A DNA stretch of 61,264 nt, filler included, from Globobulimina sp. (taxonomy: Eukaryota), in assembly GCA_003354225.1 (NCBI GenBank). It is 20 parts of 20 records of this genome, joined end to end, with 100 filler letters (N's around TTAATTAATTAA, not from the genome) between each part and the next. Parts side by side here need not be neighbours in the genome. Positions count along the whole stretch, not along the records: positions 55,233 to 58,198 come from PIVH01004207.1; positions 58,299 to 61,264 come from PIVH01004208.1; 18 more parts are not named here. One strand, given 5' to 3'. The translations under genes were made by a program, and so were the position numbers. Of this stretch, positions 55,341 to 61,264 are shown piece by piece (the stretch's first letter is position 1; each line of letters starts with the position of its first letter). The notes beneath the pieces are model-generated. The model ran no database searches. It saw nothing but the letters and a program-made list of their open reading frames with translations, and was not told the origin of the DNA.

Positions 55341-56816
55341 ATGTCAGCAGATGTAACAGCTCGTTTAGAAGCAGTTGCCGCTCGATTAGAAAGAGTCGCA
55401 GCAAAATTAGGTGGCGGAGGTGGTGGTCGTGATGATGATGAAGACGTACCAATGTATGTCGGAGATTATGAAGCTATCGTAAACACAGAGGTAAAAGCTG
55501 TAGTGGAATCCTGTAAAAAACTTGGTATTGAAGAAGCAGGCAGTGTATTATTAAAAGGTTATCAGAATACGTTATCATTGGTGAAGCGCGTACCAAACTG
55601 CAAAAAACCAAATCCAGTTCAGTTTCGATCATAAATCTCTCGCATTTTCGCACCGATATATTAATAATATACAAATACAATTGAATATACATAGCAAGAG
55701 CTTCAAGCATTTTTGGCACCCGGCATCCAAGCAATTGGTATTTTGGATAACATGCGCTATAAAGGCAAAGATGTAAAAAAAAAAGGTGATTATTACAAGG
55801 CCATGTACGAAGCAGTAATGGTGATTTCCTGGGTCACTATGGCTCCGCCAAATGGTTTGCCCAAACAACACGTCGACTCACAAGGGCAATCCTGCGATTT
55901 CCACATGAACCGCGTGTTAAAAAACAACAAAACCGCCGAAGCCAAAGAGTGGATCAAAAACATGAAAGCATTGAACAAAAAAGTAGGCAATTACGTGAAA
56001 GAATATTTTAAATCGTCGGGTTTGACTTACAACGCCAAAGGAAGTGCGTTGAGCGACGCCACAGAGAGTGCGCCGGCACCGACAGCGACCGCGGAGCTTA
56101 AAGAGGAAAGCAAAGAGGCGGAAGCTACGAGGAAAGGGTATAAAAAGAAAGGTGGCGGCGGTGGCATGGATGCGGTGTTTGGTTCATTGAGCAAAGGATT
56201 GGCGGTGACCAAAGGCATGAAAAAGGTGACGAAAGATATGAAGACCAAAAATAGAAAGGATCGTAGTGGCAAAGTGAGTGCGCCTAAGAAAGCGGTGAAG
56301 AAGAAACGGAAAAAGTTTGGGCCGCCACAGATGAAGTTCATGGGCGGCCGGTGGATGGTGGAGAACTATGAGGCGGGCGGCGGTTTGCTCAAAGTGGAAA
56401 AAGCAAATTTGAAGTCAAATGTGTTCATCACGATGTGCGATGAGTGTACCATTCAGATAGAGAATAAGGTGAAGGCGGTCACCATTGACAACTGTGTCAA
56501 AGTGCGCGTGTTTGTGAGTGAGGTGGTGTCGACCGTGGAAGTGGTGAATTGTAAGTCGGTCAAAGTGATTGTGACGGAAGGCGGCAAAGTGCCGTCCTTT
56601 GCTGTGGATAAATGTGAGTCGCCATGTATTATATTGTCGCGCAGTGCGTATGAAGCGCATCCGGATATTTATAGTTCCAATGTGTCGGCCATGAATGTGG
56701 AAGTCGTTGGTGCGACGCCGACGGAGGATAGTAAAGAATATGCGATTCCTGAACAGTTTCTAACTAAAATTGATCCAAAATCTGGTAGATGTACTACTAC
56801 GCAAACTGAACATTAA
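55341..56816 (+). CDS. CAP: Cyclase-associated protein (CAP/Srv2); intron 55617-55694
   Basis: ARLEAVAARLE, AVF..LSKG..VTKGMKKVTKDMKT (WH2), W.VENY, CARP repeats KVKAVTIDNC, and E..IPEQF. Confidence 0.95.
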
Positions 56817-57058
56817 AACAACAGATTTGTCATTTATTTTTGTGTATATTTTGAAATTTTGAATTGAAAAACAACTCTTCTTTTTCTTTGGTTGATGTTG
56901 ATTTTTATCATTTTGTTCATTTTTTGTTTTGGATTTCCGTTTTTTTTGTTGATATTTATAATATTTTCAAATTTGATAATTTTATGGATTTTTTAAAGTA
57001 TTCCCACGTGAAATCTAGAAAAGAAGCACAAACACGAGTCACTAATTGAATGTGACAT

Positions 57059-57114
57059 TTAACTTTTTTTGGGTTTGCTAGAGTGGTTTAACGAAACTAA
57101 GCCAAAAAAGTTAA
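57059..57114. repeat. Short hairpin element related to the palindrome at 21197-21332
   Basis: TTTTTGGGTTTGCTAGAGTGGTTT (57066-57089) matches 21214-21237 at 23 of 24 positions; bounded by TTAACTTTTTT...AAAAAAGTTAA. Confidence 0.7.
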
Positions 57115-57204
57115 CTATACTGTACATATCATGATTATCTCTTGTTTAATTATAAGTTTATAACATCATAAAATTATTAGTTTTTGTACAAAATTAATAA
57201 TAGA

Positions 57205-57629
57205 TTACATTTTTAAGAGGTTAAATTCATACTGTTGCTGGCCATTTTTTAAAAATACAATACGTAATGGTTGTGCATCATCATCGGGATAACCGCACGC
57301 TAAGTCACTTGCCTATATGTAATTGTTTCCATTCAACATATATGTTCAAGCAAAAAAAAAAATAAACTTCAAAGATTGGTTGCATTTCATCATATTTTTT
57401 TCCAGGATCATCATAATCAGTCGAATCCAATATCTTTTGCCATGTCTTTTCTGTTATTGCATCAGTTACTGTTAATATTATCTTATTATCATCAAATTTA
57501 GAGTTGAAACCTTTAATTTATTTATTTTATTTTAGACTAATTAATATAGTGTATCATTGTCAACATACTCCATTGGTGGAGCACTACATGTTCCTCTTGT
57601 TGTGGTTGCTCCTTTGCTTCTTGAGCCAT
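57205..57629 (-). CDS. Small 3-exon, 103-aa protein (not in the ORF track); introns 57511-57568 and 57313-57367
   Basis: Exons of 61, 143 and 108 nt splice to an open ATG-to-TAA frame: MAQEAKEQ...IILTVTDAITEKTWQK...PLRIVFLKNGQQQYEFNLLKM. Confidence 0.75.
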
Positions 57630-58387
57630 GCTTTTTATCCTTGCACTGCAAATATTTTAGAGTTTTTAGTGGATGTAGTTACTTGAAATATTGCAACATG
57701 ATAAGAGTCAAAGGTTAGGTTACAAGGCTCATGATGGCGCCGCCCAAATTTTTATAGAAAAAATTACATTTTACTTTCACATATTATCAAACAAAAAAAC
57801 AACACAAAAACAGAGGTTGATAATGATGAAACGAGAAATGAAGAAAAAAAATGCACCCACCAAACTCAGACAATATTAATACTGTAACAAAAAACAAAAA
57901 AGAAAAAATACAAATATATTTTTTAATATGTTCTATAACAAAAATTAATGTGAATTTGTTGGATGGTGGATTTGTGAATAATTATAGTTATTATTTTGTT
58001 CGTTATTATCGTTGTTATCATCATCATCATCATGATCGATATCATCATCAAATGACATTTGATGATTTCGTTGAATACGTATTTTCTGAGTTGTTTTATC
58101 ATATTTCTCATATCTATCATACTTGTCATATTTCTCATATCTGTCATATTTTTTATCATATTTTTTTTTGTTTTTTTTTTCATATTTTTCATATTTATNN
58201 NNNNNNNNNNNNNNNNNNNNNNNNNNNNNNNNNNNNNNNNNNTTAATTAATTAANNNNNNNNNNNNNNNNNNNNNNNNNNNNNNNNNNNNNNNNNNNNGT
58301 AATGTTTTCGAAAACTGTATAAACTGTATAAAGATTAACGATATTAACTGTATAAACTGTATAATATGATTAATATCTTGAATATGA

Positions 58388-60824
58388 TCAGATCATTGGG
58401 TTTTTTTTTAATCGAGGTATTTTTATGGTGAATTTCTTTTTTTTCCTTGGTGGACTCTTTTTCTTTGCATCCATTTTATTATTATTATTTACATTTCGTT
58501 TCCTTTTTTTATTTAATCTTAACACAATTTTCTGTTTTTTATTTGTACATGTTTTATTTTTTTGTTTTTCCTCATGAGCTTCATTGTCATTTTCGTTTTG
58601 TTGAGTTTCATAATCAAATCTCAGACTTTTGCATTCATCATTTCCTATATTTTCCTTATTACTCTTTCCATTCAAACATACGCATATTTTTGATGCTATT
58701 TTAAGAATAACTGCTTTAATGCTTACAATATCACAATTTGCTGAACATTGTGTCGATAATACTTTCAATGCAATAATATCGCCGTTAAAAAGCTTTTTAT
58801 TTATAAATACCCCGCCATCATTCAACTCATTTCCAAACAATTCCAATTCTTTGTTTTTATTTTTATCCGACACATATCTTAAATCTAAATATTCCATAAA
58901 TTTTGTTTCCAAACACTGCACATCATTCTCTTTGATATATTCACACCATTTCCTCCTTTCATTGCTTGATTCTTTATCTTTATACCAAATCATTTCATTG
59001 CATCTAATTAATTTAAATAAACAAAACAAAACAAACTCACATTATATTATAAAAACATTTGTTATTATAACTTGTATTGTTGCTGCAATTCTGTTTTATT
59101 CACAGCTACTTTTATCGATATCATCTTAGGATTCTTATTAACACACAAATCAAATTTCCATTCTTCATTTCCATAATAACATAAAACACATAAATCATAA
59201 TTACAATATCGACAACCAAACATTTCTTCATTTAAAAACATTGTTTTATTGCATTCATCACATTCAAATACACGATTATTTGGCGTCAATTGTTTCTTTA
59301 AACCATGTCTGGCTGGACAATCTTTCATTGCTTTCCCTTCTTTTTTCTTTCTTGATCGTGTCTGTCTGTATACCGGTACTAATTTATTCGAATTAGCTTT
59401 TATTTTTAGATCATGCATGTCATTTTTATCATATTCACCAAATATATTTACACCATGACCAAGCTTTTTCCTTTTTGTCCGCAATAAACTCGTGGTTTCA
59501 CCCAAAATATCAAATGCATTCTTTTCCTGTTGGTTTACTCTAAAAGTATTATCATATGATATGAGCATAATATTTATATTTACGGATTTAAATAAAATCA
59601 TTAACTGTTTCGCTTTCGGTCTCTGTATCGCTTTCTTCTTTCTTTTATTATTGTTAATATTATCCACTCTTTTTTGTGAATGCACCCTCGATTTGTGTCC
59701 ACCGAATGCTTGTCCACATTTAAAATATTTATCACATTCAATGCAGTAATGCTTATTATTAATATTATTGTTAGTAATGTTATTATTATTATTCTGGGCA
59801 TCTTTTAATATTTTATCTTTCAATCTCTGTAATGGTTTATTTATAATTATTTTATTTGTGCATACTTTAAACATTTTACAGTGATGATTTTTTAATTCAA
59901 TTCGTGTATCAAATACATTATGACAATTATTGCATGGATACCCTTTATGTAATTTTATGTGTTGTTTTAATGAATCTTCTGTAAAAAATCGTTTTTGACA
60001 TAAATTGCATCCGAATTCAAACCATTTTGTACCAGTTTCAGGATTTACATCGGAATGTATTAATGTTTTATGTTGCTTTAATTGTGATTCTGATTCAAAA
60101 ACATTTGCACAAAATCTACATTTAAACCCAACGTGAATCTGAATATGTTTATTTAGTGATGATTTTCTAGCAAACATTTGTTGACAAAATGTGCATTTAA
60201 ATGGTTTCTCGCCGGTATGAATACGTTGATGTTCGCGCAATTTATCTCTGCGAATAAATCCTAATGAACATTGACTGCATTTATATGGCTTTTCGTTGGT
60301 GTGAATTGATAAAAAATGCTGATTTAAATTGCATTGAACAGTAAATCGTTTGCCACATTCTTCGCATTTATACGGTCTTTCATTTGTATGTGTTCTCATC
60401 TGCAAATATGCGAAAATATTCATTGGTGGATTAACAAAAACATTTAATAAATACAATTAATTAGTTGTGTTGTCATGGTTTTTAATATATTTATTACATG
60501 TTTTGTTAATCGATGTCTTGAACAAGTTTTATATTCACAAAATTCACATTGCCAATCGTTATTTTTTATGTTTATTGTTGGCGCCTCATATGATATAAAT
60601 GCTTGTTTTTGTGTGGATAGAGTCACTGATTTTCGTTTGTTTGATTCATTTGAAAGCCATTTATGTGATTCTATACACTGCTCAGTGTTGTTATTATCAG
60701 CAATTTGATTTGATTTAAATATTTGTTTGCATGTTTTGCATTTACGTCCAATATGGATGTTAATATGTGATAAAAGAACGGAATCATCCTTGAATTTCAT
60801 CAAACAAATTTTGCACTCTACCAT
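58388..60824 (-). CDS. Multi-C2H2 zinc-finger protein; introns 60400-60497 and probably 59004-59071
   Basis: Tandem CX2C...HX3-4H fingers with HTNERPY/HTGEKPF linkers, a ZZ-like CDEC...C..C.YDLC..C, and a basic NLS-like C-terminus. Both introns keep the frame. Confidence 0.85.
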
Positions 60825-60874
60825 TATCAGTTAGTCAGTTACTGTTTTGGCTCACAATTGGACAATTTGAACCC

Positions 60875-61137
60875 TTCCATAAATAGTCGTTCATTTCGTG
60901 GCCTTTTGTGTATACCATAATTTCAAATAACATACAAAGAGATCATGCAAAATATGACACCGCTTTCACTTTGCGATCAACATATGCAAACTTTAGATAC
61001 GCAACTATTATGTCCCATAAATTAATCAATGCTATAAGAAAGCACTACAGTAATCCATATTTTGCATGATCTCTTTGTATGTTATTTGAAATTATGGTAA
61101 ACACAAAAGGCCACGAAATGAACGACTATTTATGGAA
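60875..61137. repeat. 82-bp inverted repeat, 99-bp spacer
   Basis: 60875-60956 is the reverse complement of 61056-61137 with one mismatch. Confidence 0.95.
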
Positions 61138-61264
61138 ACATGCATTTGGCAAAGTTCAGTTAGGAGAAGATTTAGAATTTGAAGATAGATTTGAAGGAAA
61201 AATATCTATACATATGCTCGATCACATTTACAGTGATGTATCCGATAAGATGCAGACGCTATGA

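Noticed and set aside
1..61264. A multi-gene system built from neighbours, such as LanCL + JmjC + hydrolase as a RiPP cluster, or RBX1 + Kelch/MATH as a ligase cluster
   Set aside because: These genes lie on different contigs ordered only by length, so there is no linkage evidence.

Overview
The window is not one locus. It is 20 unrelated, length-sorted contigs of about 2.97 kb joined by 19 artificial 100-nt linkers (44 N + TTAATTAATTAA + 44 N), so gene neighbourhood across linkers is meaningless. The DNA is mostly AT-rich, gene-dense eukaryotic sequence with short (about 55-125 nt) GT-AG introns. The gene content (many 7TM, Kelch, MATH, SAM and SPRY proteins) suggests a foraminiferan or other rhizarian protist, which is an inference. 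Recognisable genes: farnesyltransferase beta, RBX1, PABP C-terminus, CAP/Srv2, ACMSD, PiT/PHO4 transporter, epoxide hydrolase, MAP3K, two MaoC dehydratases, JmjC, RPEL, C2H2 and GT23-like proteins, plus the 5' end of an LTR retrotransposon (LTR end, tRNA-Leu PBS, long Gag). Best leads: (1) a 4-exon LanC-like protein with a signal peptide, intact Zn ligands and Glu in place of the catalytic His; (2) a bacterial ISAzo13 transposase fused to an intron-containing epoxide hydrolase gene (insertion or, more likely, chimera); (3) an XK-scramblase-like protein fused to EF-hand and C2 domains; (4) a recurring short helical motif placed before unrelated binding domains; (5) a palindromic repeat seen in two contigs; (6) two genes each broken by one in-frame TAA. 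I found no CRISPR array, rRNA or multi-gene prokaryotic system. All family calls come from reading motifs by eye, not from database searches.
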